From the human T2T-CHM13v2.0 reference genome, Homo sapiens, in the NCBI RefSeq assembly GCF_009914755.1, contig NC_060930.1: a stretch of 64,000 bases of DNA; one strand, given 5' to 3'. Numbering within the stretch: position 1 is the stretch's first letter; each line of letters starts with the position of its first letter. Both the position numbers and the translations under genes were made by a program. The notes below the pieces were generated by a model. The model was not told where the DNA came from. It saw only the letters and a list, made by a program, of their open reading frames with translations, and did no database searches. Positions 31,843 to 46,004 of the stretch are shown here, piece by piece.

Positions 31843-32185
31843 GCTGAAACTAGTACAGTCAACTCTCAATAAACATCAGCCATGACTTCAAAGAGTACTA
31901 TTTGACACAAGACTAAAGTTAACTCAACTATTTCAAATAAGGTCCCAGTGGGAAAGGCAGGGTATTAGAAATTTGAAAACATACTGTAATAAGCAGACCT
32001 ACATTTTTCCAGTGGGAAATCCTTAACTAAAAAACAACAAAATCCTAACACCACCTCCAGAGAGCAGCTAGAGTTATCAGCCCTGCGCTGAGAACTTTAA
32101 ACATGCCTTTTCTATTCCTGTTTTCATGCCTTTTATATTCATTTTCTCCCTTCAGTCAGATATCATCCATTAAATGACCGAAATA

Positions 32186-32411
32186 CAGATGCTCCACGAC
32201 TTGTGATGTTACATCCTGATAAACCCAGTGTAAGTTACACGTATTTTAAATCAAAAAGTGACTTTTGAACTTACAACAATTCCAATTTACAATGACTTCA
32301 CCTGGATGTAGTCCCATCATAAATCGAGGAGCACAATGAATTCATATGGCTTTCACATCATGGTAAAGTTGAAAAAATCTTAAGTCGAACCATTATAAGT
32401 CAGGGGAATCT
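32186..32411. mobile_element. MER47/Tigger-type DNA transposon (a related fragment lies at ~10925-11060)
   Basis: TA|CAGATGCTCC..GACTT ... AAGTCAGGGGAATCTG|TA: terminal inverted repeats with TA duplication. Confidence 0.75.
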
Positions 32412-33449
32412 GTATACAGTACTTTCTTATGTATGTAACCAATGGATTATTTTTAAAACTTAGTTGAATTAATCTTAAAACATTAAAAATGATAATTATT
32501 AGAGCTTATGTGTAGCAACATTACCATGGGGCGGGAGAGTATATCAATTTATACAGTCTGTGAAAAACATAAGCACCACAAAGATACTTCAGGGTAATAA
32601 GTAGAAGCAAAAGTTTTAAATGACAAATAATCCTCACAATTAGCTTAAAATAAAGAAGCCTTCTAATATTTGATTTAGTGTACTTAAAATGAGTCCTTAA
32701 TATCATTTTTCTGATTATAAAAGTATACTTAAGAAAATCGTGGCAATCTATGCCATAAATTATAAAGGAAACACAAATGTAAATATATATATTAAAAAAG
32801 GAAAGTTAGCTATACCTGACCTACAACTAAGCATAATTAACACTTTGGTGGACCTCCATCTTCTATGCATACAAATATACTGTAAATAAAACTAGGTTCA
32901 ACATGAGTAAATGCCCTTAACACTAGAGGGGGGATTCACTTGAGCAATGTCTAGTATACCATGACAAACAGTCAAAAGTCAGCAAGATTTTAAGGTTAAG
33001 AATGACTACTAAATTTACTTCTTTCTTCTATAATTTTATATACAGATCAACTTCTACAAAATGATTTCTTCACCCATTTCAGATCACATTCCTTTGGGAA
33101 GCAGCAGTTAAATATACGGTTTTAGAAGGATGTGTGGTGAAGGCTTCAAGAGTTACAGATCTCAGAAGCTCATCTGTGGGCCCCTCTATAAATCAGTAAA
33201 TGTCCACTTTAAAAGATTTTCTCTAGTCATAATTTCAAAGCCACACTGGGCAGGTGGAACCACCACACTGTCAAGAGATTCTATAATCCAAACGCTTTCT
33301 TCTCTTGCATCACAATATTCTAAATAGGGGAGACTCATGAAATAAAACTATCAGAAACCATTTTCCCAAAGAATTTCTCAAGTTAGACCCTATTATATTC
33401 TAGTAGTTTTCACATATTGAAATACTCATCACACTTTAGACCAAAATAC

Positions 33450-33572
33450 CTGAACAGGCCTAAAAGGCTCATCAGATTCTTTCCACCTAGAAAACAGGAG
33501 ACAGACGATTTTTTCAATATCATTCCGAGGCCAAAGAATGAAATCCATCTCCTGAGTACAGCCAATTACATC
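33450..33572 (-). CDS. C6orf62: C6orf62 exon 3 ([18 protein letters not shown]...FRPVQ)
   Basis: tag|GAT acceptor, CAG|GTATTT donor, 123 nt. Confidence 0.96.
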
Positions 33573-33759
33573 CTATAAAATGATTAAAAAAAAAAAAAGT
33601 TTACTTTTAAAGAAACAGCTACATCAAGCCATGTCACAAATTATAGGGTTCCCCTATAAAAACATTTTATAAGTACAAAAGATCTACCATATATCATTTT
33701 ATATCTTAGGAAGTAAACATAATAGTTTATAATCTGAATAGCTCATGATGTAATTTTTT

Positions 33760-35003
33760 ATTTTTGGAGACAGAGTCCCTCTCTGTGGCCCACACTGGAG
33801 TGCAATGGTGCAATCTCCGCTTACTGCAAATTCCGCCTACCAGGTTCAAGCGATTCTCGTGACTTAGCCTCCCGAATGGCTGGGATTACAAGTGTGTGCC
33901 ACCATGCCCCGCTAATATTTTTTGTATTTTTAATAGAGACGGGGTTTCACCACGTCAGCCAGGCTGGTCTCGAACTCCTGACCTCAGGTGATCCACCCAC
34001 CTCAGCCTCCCGAAGTGCTGGGATTACAGGCTAAGTCACTGTGCCTGGCTCTAATTTTAATTTTTATCTTACAGAGAGTCACATACACTCAGTCCAATGC
34101 TCCTAACACCAAGACCTAGACTTATCAGTGCATGGTGAAAACTCCAACAAAATCTCTGATATCTGTTGTATTGTCAGACCCTGAACCTTTATTTCCACCT
34201 TTAAAAATCAATCTATTTAAAAAGATGTCTTAGAACTCCTAATATGAATCACTATCCTATTATAGCTGAAATGCTATTTTTATTTTGATAGAAAACTACT
34301 TTTCTCCATTCCTGACTTCTGCTTCATTATTGTAGCCAGCATATTAATTTTTGAAGGTCCATAATTTCTTCCAGACCAGTATCTGGTTATCTCCAGCATT
34401 CTCCCCAAGTAACTGTGGGGATCTCTTGGTTCAGGTATGCCCAGATTAACTTTTAACATGTTGCAGAAGTTTACAAAGCTGGAAGCACTTCCTTATATTC
34501 ATATTCCCCCCAAAAAAGGAAATACAATAAACGGAGACATAAGACATTTATCCACAATAATAATACACAATATTATGAGCCTAATACAACAAAGTTGTCC
34601 ATGTTTTACTCAAGGTCAAGTTTTCAAAAACAAACCTACTTCAAAAATTTTTAAACTTTCTGCATAACACTTAAATTATTAAAAACAGTTGGCTACTGGC
34701 AGGGTGCAGTGGCTCACACCTGTAATCTCAGCACTTTGGGAGGCCAAGGCAGGAGGATCACTTGAGGTCAGGAGTTCCAGACCAGCCTAGCCAACATGGC
34801 AAAACCCCATCTCTACTAAAAACACAAAAAATTAGCCAGGCATGGTGGCGCACAACTGTAGTCCCAGCTACTCGGGAGGCTAAGGCAGGAGAATCATTTG
34901 AATGCGCGAGGGCAGAGGTTGCAGTGAGCCAAGATCATGCCACTGCACTCTAGCCTCAGCGAAAGAGCAAGACTTTGTCTCAAAAAAAAAAAAAAAAAAA
35001 AAA
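33760..35003. mobile_element. AluS - (33760-34050) and Alu + (34698-35003)
   Basis: Alu consensus. Confidence 0.9.
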
Positions 35004-35280
35004 GTCCGAGATCATCAACACCTAACACAGATTAAAGAAATCCCTTTATATACTTCATCCACATAAGAATGGTCTGGCGTAAAAAAACGTGTTTTTCTAA
35101 TCCTATAAACACAATGCTTTAAAGTCATGATCCCAGTTATCAACATGGCACAAAGACAAATTTACCTGAAGAGACTGGTCACTATCATAACTATCCACTT
35201 TAAGGGGGGTTCGGGGGGCGGGGAAATGCAAGGTTAATCCACAGAAACTTTATCAAGTCAAGACTTAAGGCAGAACTTAC

Positions 35281-35457
35281 CCTTCTCATAGACTGATATC
35301 GAGGAGCATGGAGCTGTACCACATCCTTCTGTAAAAGCTCTAGGGAACTTTCCAAGGAATAGCTGGAATCTCGCACACCTTTCAGGATATTTTCTTCATA
35401 ATTATTTGTCATGACTGGTATAACCTCAGACACTTCAAAAAGTGCTGACTTTTTCTT
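35281..35457 (-). CDS. C6orf62: C6orf62 exon 2 ([27 protein letters not shown]...YQSMRR)
   Basis: ttttcttctag|AAG acceptor, AGG|GTAAGT donor, 177 nt; overlaps ORF 35200..35433. Confidence 0.97.
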
Positions 35458-35856
35458 CTAGAAGAAAAGAAAATGGTGTATTAACCCACAGGGAGCACAG
35501 CCTTTTAACACTCAGTTCATATTACAATGTCATGTAACATTAACTCCACAAAATTCTTAACTGTCTGCAGTAACTTATACACTGAAAACACATTTTCAGA
35601 TAGGTAATTCCTTCTGTTCTTCCCCTACCTCCCCCTCCAACCATACATGTACAAACTGTCATTAGAATGTTTAATGCTTGAGTTTTATAGCATAATGGTA
35701 TCCATAGCACTATTTTGGACAATACTTCTTAAAATTAAAAATCTCACCAGTTTTAAAACAACGCTATTCAGACAAATGAATAGTTTTATTCCTTATATGG
35801 GCCAATTTCCATTACTTTCTCAATATTACATTATCAAAACCATCAATATTTCTGGT

Positions 35857-36155
35857 TTTTCTTTTTTTTTTTTGAGATGGAGTCTCACTGTGTTGCCCAG
35901 GCTAGAGGGCAGTGGCACCATCTTGGCTCACTTGCAACCTCTGCCTCCTGGGTTCGAGGGCATCTCCTGCCTCAGCCTCTCGAGTAGCTGGGATTACAGG
36001 CCTGCGCCACCACACCTGGCTAATTTTTGTATTTTCAGTAGAGACAGGGTTTCACCATTTGGCCAGGCTGGCCTTGAACTCCTGACCTCAAGTGATCCGC
36101 CTGCCTCAGCCTCCCAAAGTGCTGGGATTACAGCCGTGAGCCACTGCACCCAGCC
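35857..36155 (-). mobile_element. AluS
   Basis: TSD AAAACCATCAATATTT. Confidence 0.93.
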
Positions 36156-37672
36156 AAAACCATCAATATTTGAAAGACTAAAAAGAAGCACACCAAGTTC
36201 TCTTTTAATACTACTCAAGACCAAGTACGCATCACTAAACTACTTTTTAAAATTCTGTACTATTAAGTATATATCATGAATTATTCAGGGCAACTGCATG
36301 GACACTGTCCATTCACAGAATAAAACCAGATTATCGTTGGTGTTAAAGAATTAAGATGGTGCAATTTGGGGCAATATATAGATTAAATACAAAGATATGG
36401 TCTCACTACTTATTATCTTGGATTTATTTAAAGAGCATACACTGTATCATCTTCAACTAAAATCCAATCTCATCAATTTTGAGTCAGCTTGTCAACAAAA
36501 CAAAAGTGGAGATGTAAGTCCTTGATACCACCCAATCTTGGGACAGTCACTTCAAAAATTACTTAAAAATCACTTCACAATGCTATACTTCAGCAGCTAA
36601 GAATGTTCTTAAATACAAATAACCTTTTAGGAGTTAAGAGTTGGGGCTGTGCGTGGCAGCTCCTGCCTGTAATCCCAGCACTTTAAAATGCCATGACAGG
36701 AGGATCACTTTAGCCCAGGAGTTCAAGACTAGCCTGGGCAATACAGTGAGGCCTGTCTCAGCAACAAAAATAATAAGAGTTAAACAGTAGGGGGAAACCT
36801 GGAAAACTTCCAGATACTTAATAGATACCACACTAAGATTGTATTTCTGATCTGAAATTAGCTAACAATTTAAGCACCAAAATCCAAGTAGCACTTCCTT
36901 ACATTCATAACCTCATCTTTGGTCAAATAAGCCTTGCTGATAATTTAAGAAAATGTTCATTTTAAGTTGCAAAAAATACTGCTCTTATCATCCCATCCTT
37001 GACTACTCACAACTTACTGTTTGCTATTTAACTGCGGAACTAATTCTGATTAAGACCTCCACCGCCCCTAAAAATGAAACTTCCTCTAGGTCATTTTGAG
37101 TTTTTAAAAACTGTACTTCTATACAAGGCAAAATGAACTCTAAGTAAAAAAGAAAATCACACTTCTAAACACAAATTAACCATTTCAGTATTTAATTGCT
37201 CCTAAAAGGTGTATTCTACTTCATTAAATGTAAGAGAAAAGGTTACCTACATTACGCAGTTTAAGAAACAGGATAAACTTTAGCATATAAACAGTCTGAT
37301 TACAATTTCACACTTTCAACCATCTTATTTATACTCTACATTAGATAATCTTTAAATTCCATCATAAGGTTTCCCATGTTAACTCCATATAAAATTTTGT
37401 AATCTTGCCCACCCCATGTCAACTCAGTGTATACTACTACTAAGCTTCAGACTCAAATTTATTTCCAAACCAAAGAACGCTCAAGGGTCTTTTCGCATGC
37501 TGCAACTGCTCAATTCACAGAATCACCCCTAAGGGTGAAAAAACAGAGCATACAAAGCAGACTTTTTTTCAACCACTCTTTAACCTAATATTCATAATAA
37601 TTTAAGAGTAACAAATAATATACACTTACAAAAATTACTTGTGCTAATTCACCATTAAGAACTTTAAATTAC

Positions 37673-37801
37673 CTTCTCCTTGAATACAAAGGCAATATAC
37701 ATCTTGAAGTCAAACTGGTCAGCTAGAGATTCTTTTTTCTTTCTAAGCTGAGCACGTAGTCTGTTCAGAGCTTGTTTCTTCCGGGAGTTTGGGTCCCCCA
37801 T
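37673..37801 (-). CDS. C6orf62: C6orf62 exon 1 coding part ([43 protein letters not shown]); uncharacterised 229-aa protein
   Basis: aaaATGg Kozak context and AAG|GTAATT donor. The five exons sum to 690 nt = 229 aa + stop. Confidence 0.97.
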
Positions 37802-37869
37802 TTTGAAATACAGGTGGTACTAAAGCCTTTGGAAATTGTCACTAAACTATGGGCACTTTTTCTTAAGAC

Positions 37870-38219
37870 TCAAGTACAACAGAAACAAGTCATTTTTTTT
37901 CCTGCTAATATGATTGATTAGCGAAAATCACGACTATAACCCAAAAACTGCACCTTCTGTCAATATTAGCAGACTGTCATATTACAGGGTCAAGAAACAA
38001 AAGCTGCTGTCCAGTCATGTTTGGACAATAACGTTTGGGGTCAGACGGGAAAAAGGGAGGAAAGAAAGGAAAGAAAGAGGAGAAAATAACTAACTTTCTG
38101 GAAAACACATTTGGCTTAACTGCCAAAATAAAGGCTTTGCGGAGAAATGAAAAGCCTATAATCAGGATTTAGGTGTGCAATAAAACACAGCTGACACCAG
38201 ACCAATCCCTAAAATCCAT
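37870..38219 (-). promoter_or_regulatory. Cluster of five short upstream ORFs in the C6orf62 leader
   Basis: ATG..stop at 38219-38169, 38110-38090, 38018-37977, 37980-37966 and 37893-37870. Confidence 0.6.
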
Positions 38220-38549
38220 CCGGATTTTCCCCCCTTTTTAGAAAAGGGATTAAGGAACAGGGAGGGGGAAGTGTGATCCTTGCTTTCCAAAAAAAAAAAA
38301 AAAAAAAACTCACCAAAACCAAAACCAAAACCAAACACCAAAACAGGGTAGGTGAATGAAACTGAAATATCCAATTAGATTTTACCCAGCCAGCTCCATG
38401 GCTGTAGTACCTAATTCTTAGTTATTTCAGATTTCACTATTGCTATGTATTGTCAGTGCTTGTTATTGATTACACTTGGTGGTGAGCATAGAGAAAAGTG
38501 CAAAATCGGTAGAGAAGGAAAGGGAGAGGTACAGGGTTTCCCTGCAATC

Positions 38550-41000
38550 AACTACAGTGTATACCGGGGGCGGGCAGCTGTGGCCCAAAGGAGCCATGAG
38601 AAAAAACAGCGGAGTCATTACCAACTTCCCCATCACCCACATTTTCACCCTCAGGCGGCTGCTAACGCTGCTGCCAAGGAGAATCATGACGGCAGAAGGA
38701 AAAGGGGTATATAATACGGTATTAATTATTCCGGCTCTGTGGTTAGACCTGATTAATGCCCGGGTTCCCAACACCCCCAGCCTGCAACTAGTCCTACATT
38801 CCCCAAGGGAGACTTCCCTGTGGATCTGCCCCCGTTCAAAATGGTGGGGAGTGCGATTTATCTTCTTGTGAGCATTGCCGAGGCAAAGGTGGCGGGTTCT
38901 TCTCCCAAATCCCAGGCGGTGCCCGGAGACCACCTGCCTTCCACCCCCGCAGGTCCCACCCCCACCCCTTGCCTTCAGCGGCAGCGACTCACTCGCACCA
39001 CGGGAGACACAGGATCACTCAGGTTTTCACTCATTTCATCGTGGAAACAATTCCCGCCCGGGTGGAGTGGGCGGGAGAGGGTAAATGGGAAGGTTCAGTG
39101 GGGGAAAAAAAGAAAATAATTGTGTTAATATTACTTCTAAAGTAAGCCCACCCACCCTCCCCCCAAAAAATTAAGTTCCCGGATTAGCTCTCTCTCACGT
39201 TGAACAGACCATGTTTCCAGAGTTTGGATTGTTTAGGGTGGGGTCGTTAGTTGTTTCCCGAGGGGCAGGGGGTGGAATTGAGGCAGCTAGGGCGGGGTGG
39301 GTGACGGGGAAATCCCCTCCCTGTCCCCGCGGAGCCCGGGACTCACGGACCGACTCTAGGGCGGGGTTTGGGCCCTCTAGCCGCAGCCTGCGGGCGGAGC
39401 GGTGGCGGCGGCGGAAGAGGCGGCGGCGGCGGGGGCGCTGCTGGTAGCACGGGCAGGAGCCATGTCAAGAGAAAACCACCAGCCAACTGAGCCCCTCCAT
39501 CCCCGCTGCAGTGCGCACCGTGACTGGACCGCCCGCGCTGCTGCCGCCGCTCAGCCCCCACCTGGGACCCATAGTCTGGCTCGGCGCCCTGGGCGGCAAC
39601 GGAGGGGAAGGACGCGGAGACAGCGGCAACAGGGAGAGAAAAAGAAAAAGAGGAAAAACAAAGAGAAAGATGGGGAGTTGGATTGGTACTGGCGGCGGAG
39701 GGGGAAGGGAAAGGAAGCCCTGCGCTAAGGGTCAGCAAAGTAACCCCCCAAAATAAAGTTATTTCAGTTCAAGCATCTGCTCTTGAGTCTTTCTTCCCCC
39801 TACAGTCGGATTCCGGCTCTCAGGAAAGGTCGAGGAGACCCGGAGGGGGGAAAAGCCGAAGCGGTTGGTGAGCGTCCGCGGCAGTACTGCCTCGTTCCCC
39901 CCCCCGCCGGTGGCTGCAGAAGCGGCGAAGGCCTCGGGCGCCTCCCGGGTCCGGGGCAGAGTCGCGTTTGAGAAAAGAAGCGAGAACAAACAACTTAAAA
40001 TGGCAGCGACGGCCGCTGCGTCACCCGCCTCTCACCGGCACCGCCCCGGTGTGACTGCGACTGCGCGCCCTGCGGGACCCCACCATTTGCGCAGAATCAA
40101 AGGGGGAGAAAGGATTGGAGGTGGGAAAGTTTTCAAGGTTACCGAAAAAGAGGAAAACAGATCAAGAGTACGGAATAGGGACAGGTCTTTTAAAAGTGGA
40201 GTCTTTGAATTTAACCTCTCCATTTCAGTAATCGCCCCTCAAAAGGGGAGTTTGAGAGTTGAGACTCCTCTCTCCTCCAGTATGGAGTATCCAAGGGGCG
40301 TGGAAAGGGGGGGCTCCCCGCCACTCCTTCCGCCCCCCTTCTTCAGGAAGTCCCAGTCTCCTGAGTTGGCTCTTCGCCCCGCCCCGATGTCGTCATAAAA
40401 GCACGCCCTCAACCATCCTCAACAAAACACCCGGATGGAGTCGCACTTCCCGAGTCTCGTCAGCCTCTCAGAGTCAGGCTGGGCGCGGGACAGAGCCGAA
40501 CTAGCGACCTGGGCGGGCCAAAACTGCGGAAGTCGGCGGAGAGTGGGCGAGGGTAGGGGCGGAGCAAAGATGGAAAAGGAAAGTGTGTGTTGGAGATTGG
40601 AAGATTCTTATTTCGATTCTTATAATTAGTTAGTCCTGGGGGTCGGCCCCGCGGTATCCTGCGGCAACAAACCTAGAACTCAATTCGACACCTGGAATTT
40701 AAACGGCGTGCGGGAGCAGATGTCTCATGTTAGTGCTACTTGCCTCTGTCCCCACCCCGCCACGTGCGCAGGCAGGGAGGGCGGTCCTCAAGCTTCGAAC
40801 AAGGTCAAAGACGTTGTTCAGACGTTGCTGCTGTGGCTTAGGAGAGGAGCAGCCCAGTCTGACTCGTGGATTTTTACCCACTGCTGTCAGAACACACTTT
40901 CTGTTAGAATCCCCCAAGACCTCAGACCTACAGCCTGCCCCTTAGGTGGTTCACTGTCTTCATCGAAACGTTTGCCGCCGAGTCGCACGTCCTTGGCACC
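38550..41000. promoter_or_regulatory. CpG island / C6orf62 promoter region
   Basis: Dense CpG and high GC. GC boxes (e.g. ~40376-40386), YY1-type AAAATGGCAGCG (39997-40008), E-box CACGTG (~40760) and a GGC repeat (~39396-39436). Confidence 0.9.
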
Positions 41001-41361
41001 AAAAAGCGTTGAGTCCATTTTTCAAAGCTCTAATGTGCTCTTTAAAACACAGTTATGTAAGTACTTAGCAAAGGTCAATACTCCACATAAGCAATGCTTA
41101 TATACTCATTGGCTACTCTGAGATTTTAGAAGTCCATTGGGACCCCAATTACTACTTTTCACTTCGTGAAGTCAAAACAGATCAGCTGTAATAACATTAT
41201 TTCAGCCATGAGTCAAAAGAATAACTGGTACCCACCCTTCAATATAAATTGTCCAGAACCAAAGGATGAGTCCTGAGATTTCCAAATAACTTCTAATCTC
41301 GGAAGATACAGCTTGCATTTTGCTAGTGCTTTGCTGATTTGTTTTCAAAATCATGTAACTA

Positions 41362-41845
<484 letters not shown>

Positions 41846-41904
41846 TATATGTTCTTGACCTGGCCTTGACTTGTATCCATGATCAACTTCATGGAAGAAT
41901 TTTT

Positions 41905-43230
41905 AAAATAACAGCTTTATTGAAATATAATTCACATACCGTATTTATCTACTTGAAGTGTACAATCCAATGGTTTTTAATATATTCAGTGTTGTGCAGC
42001 CATTACATTACCCCAAAAAGAAACCCTGTACCTATTAGCAGTCACTTCTCTTCTTTCTAGTTTATGTTCTGTCTATAGATTTGCCGTTTCTGAAATTTCA
42101 TATAAATGAAATCATTTAATATGTGGTCTTTTGTGACTGGCTTCTTCACTTAGCATAATGTTTTCAAGGTTCATCCATGTTGTAGCATGTATCAGTACTT
42201 AATTCCTTTTTATTGTGGAATAATATGTATTGTATGAAATTCTATATTCATTCATCAGTTGATGGACATTTGAGTTGTCTCTGCCTTTTGGCTGTTATAA
42301 ATAATGCTGCTATGAACATTTACTTAAAAGCTTTTGTATAGACGTATGTTTTTAATTCTCTTGGGCATATACTTAAGAGTGGAATTACTGGGATATATGT
42401 TAACTCTATCTTTAACCATGTGAGAAACTGCCAGATGTTTTCCAAGTCTGTTGCATCATTTTACATTTCCTCCAGCAGTGTATTCCAATTTCTCCACATT
42501 CTTGTTATTATGTCTTTTTTAGTATAACCATCCTAGTGGGTATGATGTATGTCATGGTGGTTTTGATTTTCCTTTCCCCAACGATTAATGATGTTGAGCA
42601 TCTTTTCATGTGCTTATTGGCTGTTCTAATATCTTCTTTGGAGAAATGTCTATTCAGAACTTTTGCCCATTTTTATTTATCTACTTGTTTATTTATTTAT
42701 TTTTTGAGACAGAGTCTCGCTATGTTGCCCAGGCTGAAGTGCAGTGGCATTATCTCAGCTCACTGCAACCTCCGCTTCCTGGGTTCAAGCAGTTCTTCTG
42801 CCTCAGCCCCGAGTAGCTGGGCCCACAGGCCCCCACCACCATGCCCGGATGATTTTTGTATTTTTAGTAGAGACGGAGTTTCACCATGTTGGCCAGGCTC
42901 GTCTCAGACTCCTGACCTCAAGTGATCCACCCACCTCGGCCTCCCAAAGTGTTGGGATTACAGGTGTGAGCCACCAAGCTCGGCCTTTTACCCATTTTTA
43001 ATTTAAAAAATTGTTTTTTTAATTATTAAGGTGTAGAAGTTTTTTATTCTAGATACAAGTTCCCTGTCAAATATATACTTTACAAATACGCTCCCCTATT
43101 CTGTGGGCTGTCCTTTCACTTTCTTGGTGATATCCTTCGCAGCACGGAAGTCTTTAATTTTAATAAAGTCCAACTTATCTATGTTTTTCATTTGTCCCTT
43201 GTGCTTTTGTTGTTTTATCTAATACACCAT
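41905..43230 (-). mobile_element. L1MB-type 3' fragment with an inserted AluS (-, ~42690-42985)
   Basis: ctttattgaaatataattcacatacc ... ctttggagaaatgtctattcag, typical of antisense L1M. Confidence 0.88.
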
Positions 43231-44734
43231 TGAAGAATTTTTTCACTACTATAATAATCCTGAAAAAAACAGTATGGAGCAGATGTTGAGGAAAAAATGA
43301 AGTTTTTAGTTTCAGCTACTGTGAAACAGAATTGGAGACACCTGGTCACAGCTGAGCACATCCTATGAAACTGTGTTATGGGACTGTGCTAGGTCTTAAT
43401 GAGATGAGCCAAGAAATAGCAGCAATGTCCCCTGGAGGACGAAAACACTGCTAGCTCAATTTTCTCTGTAACTTGAAAGGGCTATAAAATAAGAAGGTAG
43501 TCGAAGGAATTAAAATTTTTAAAAGCCGTGACCAAACGTTTCTCAATGAAATTCAGATAAAAGTCAGAGAGCATTCACTTAAGATTTAGCTTCTTTAACT
43601 GTGGAGAAATGCATTTCATTGTGTTAGAAATGGCTTACTTAGGGTTAGGCTGCTTCAAACACAATAGGATTTGTGGAGTGATGATTTGATGGTGGCACCT
43701 TGGCTAAAAATATCTGCTTAACTTCCCTTTTGGAGTTTTAAATTATACCACTAGATACATTGAAATTTCCCTGGTTGAAATGCAGATATCACTGCAAAGG
43801 TTACATTTTAATGAAATAACACCTTATAGAGATTCTGTGCGAGCCTCCTTTCTGAAGAAACACAATGCAGGCCAGCTTGGGCGGGCTCCTGTGTTAACTT
43901 CCAATCTTTAAAGAAGGACAACCTCGGATAATCCCAGTCTCTGACATTTATAGCAAGTTAGGAAATGATTTCTCAAACCTGTGCTTGTGTAGCCTAAATA
44001 AATGACAATAAGATAAACAATAAAGTATTTAACAATTGGCCTTCACTTTTCTAAAAAGAGCCAGCCTTTTCTTTTACCTTTAAAACATACATTGTCTGTA
44101 CACACATGCTCTTCTTTTACAGAAATCTAGTTTTCTCAACATGCTCAAGCATATTAGACTTCTCAGGGTTCTCAAACATCTTGTCCCTTCATTAGTGCTA
44201 TGAAATTTGTCAGACATGGGCCTTGAATTTTGGCCATATTTATGATTAACAGTTCAATAAGCATGATAAACGTCTACAGCAGAACAAGTTTATGGTTAGA
44301 CTCTACAGGTCTTGAGAACAAGTTCTATTGCTCTACAGTTTGATCCTGAAAGCAGCCACACCAAGGATCTTGTCTCCAGATTTCAACTCTACAGATTTAT
44401 CATCTAAGATAATTATGATATTATGTGTTAATAAAATTTCATAATCCAATGGGGATTTTCACAATATGTACTCTAGCACATACAGACCTCGCATCTACAG
44501 CAGAGCTGCATGGTTATGAAACCAAAAGGGTATTAAGAGGAGAAACTATGTTTGTTTTGAGAGCTATTCTTACCCTTTTTAGGAGGATCAGGGGATAGCT
44601 TGGTAGTTTCTTCTTTAGTCTCACCCTTATTTCATGTTAGCCCAAACTATAGAGGTCAGTGCTTATTTGCAGGCTGATCGTTGAATATTTATTGAAGGCC
44701 TAAAACAAGTTGTAGGCTTGAAAAATGAGATTTG

Positions 44735-45055
<321 letters not shown>

Positions 45056-46004
45056 AGATTTGGCCAGGTAGCAGCCATTGTCCTGGAGCTTGGGACAGGG
45101 TTAAGAACCAGAGGCATTTTCAAGTGAGTACGTCTATCCCACCATGTATTTTCTTTATTTATTAACTTCTTCTTTCCCCTGTTCCTTTTTTTTCTCTCGC
45201 CTGCCTTTCTTTTTTTCTTTTCCACTTCTCATGCTTTATGCCCACCAGCATTATCAGAAAATACTAATTAGACACCTTTTGTTTACACTTTGGGTTAAAG
45301 CTATACAGATGGCTGTCCAAACAAATCTGCTGGTACCATTTAATAAGGAATATTTTTTACCCATTATCTTTGCCTGTTAGTCTCAATTTGTTATCAAACA
45401 CACTTCTATTTAGTTTTCCTTAACCCCGGGCTCTCACTGACTTTTGCTTCTTGACTACTTCCTAATTTCATTTCAAATATTTTTCTAGATTCCAGATGTC
45501 ACTCCCACAATTCAAAATGCTCTTACTATTCCATTTAACGTGTCTAGGAAGGTTATAGTAGATAAATTGAAAAAGCAACCTTCTGACACTTTTGTTAGAA
45601 CTCCATCATCATCCTTAGAAAGAAAATGTTAAAATATTATAGAGTTCGTGCCACTCTTCTTACCCTATTCCCACATACAAAGAAGGCAAATTTGAGCAAT
45701 TAACATATCAAGGAAAGTTTAAATGTTTTAGAATTTTTTTCCTCCCTTCCCAGAACACATTCCATTCTCTATTCCACAAAGATTAGGTGTTGGAAAGGAA
45801 TGGGAAAGATATATACATGTATAACAATTTTTTCCACAGGTAAGGTAATTCCACTTATCTAAAATCATGTAAGTATACTATAATTATGGACGTCCATTAA
45901 TTCTTTGTCCAGTAATAAGACATGTTAGTATATATATAAGCCTATGTGCAAATATATACATATATAAGCATACACAGTACCAGTACACTTTTCGTTTGAA
46001 CACT

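Noticed and set aside
35647-36279. 210-aa plus-strand ORF, the longest in the track
   Set aside because: It runs through an antisense Alu (typical Alu-derived peptide) inside C6orf62 intron 1. The same applies to the many ORFs containing [22 protein letters not shown].
39865-40398. 177-aa and other ORFs in the CpG island
   Set aside because: They reflect stop-codon depletion in GC-rich DNA, often have non-ATG starts, overlap on both strands, and show no recognisable domain.
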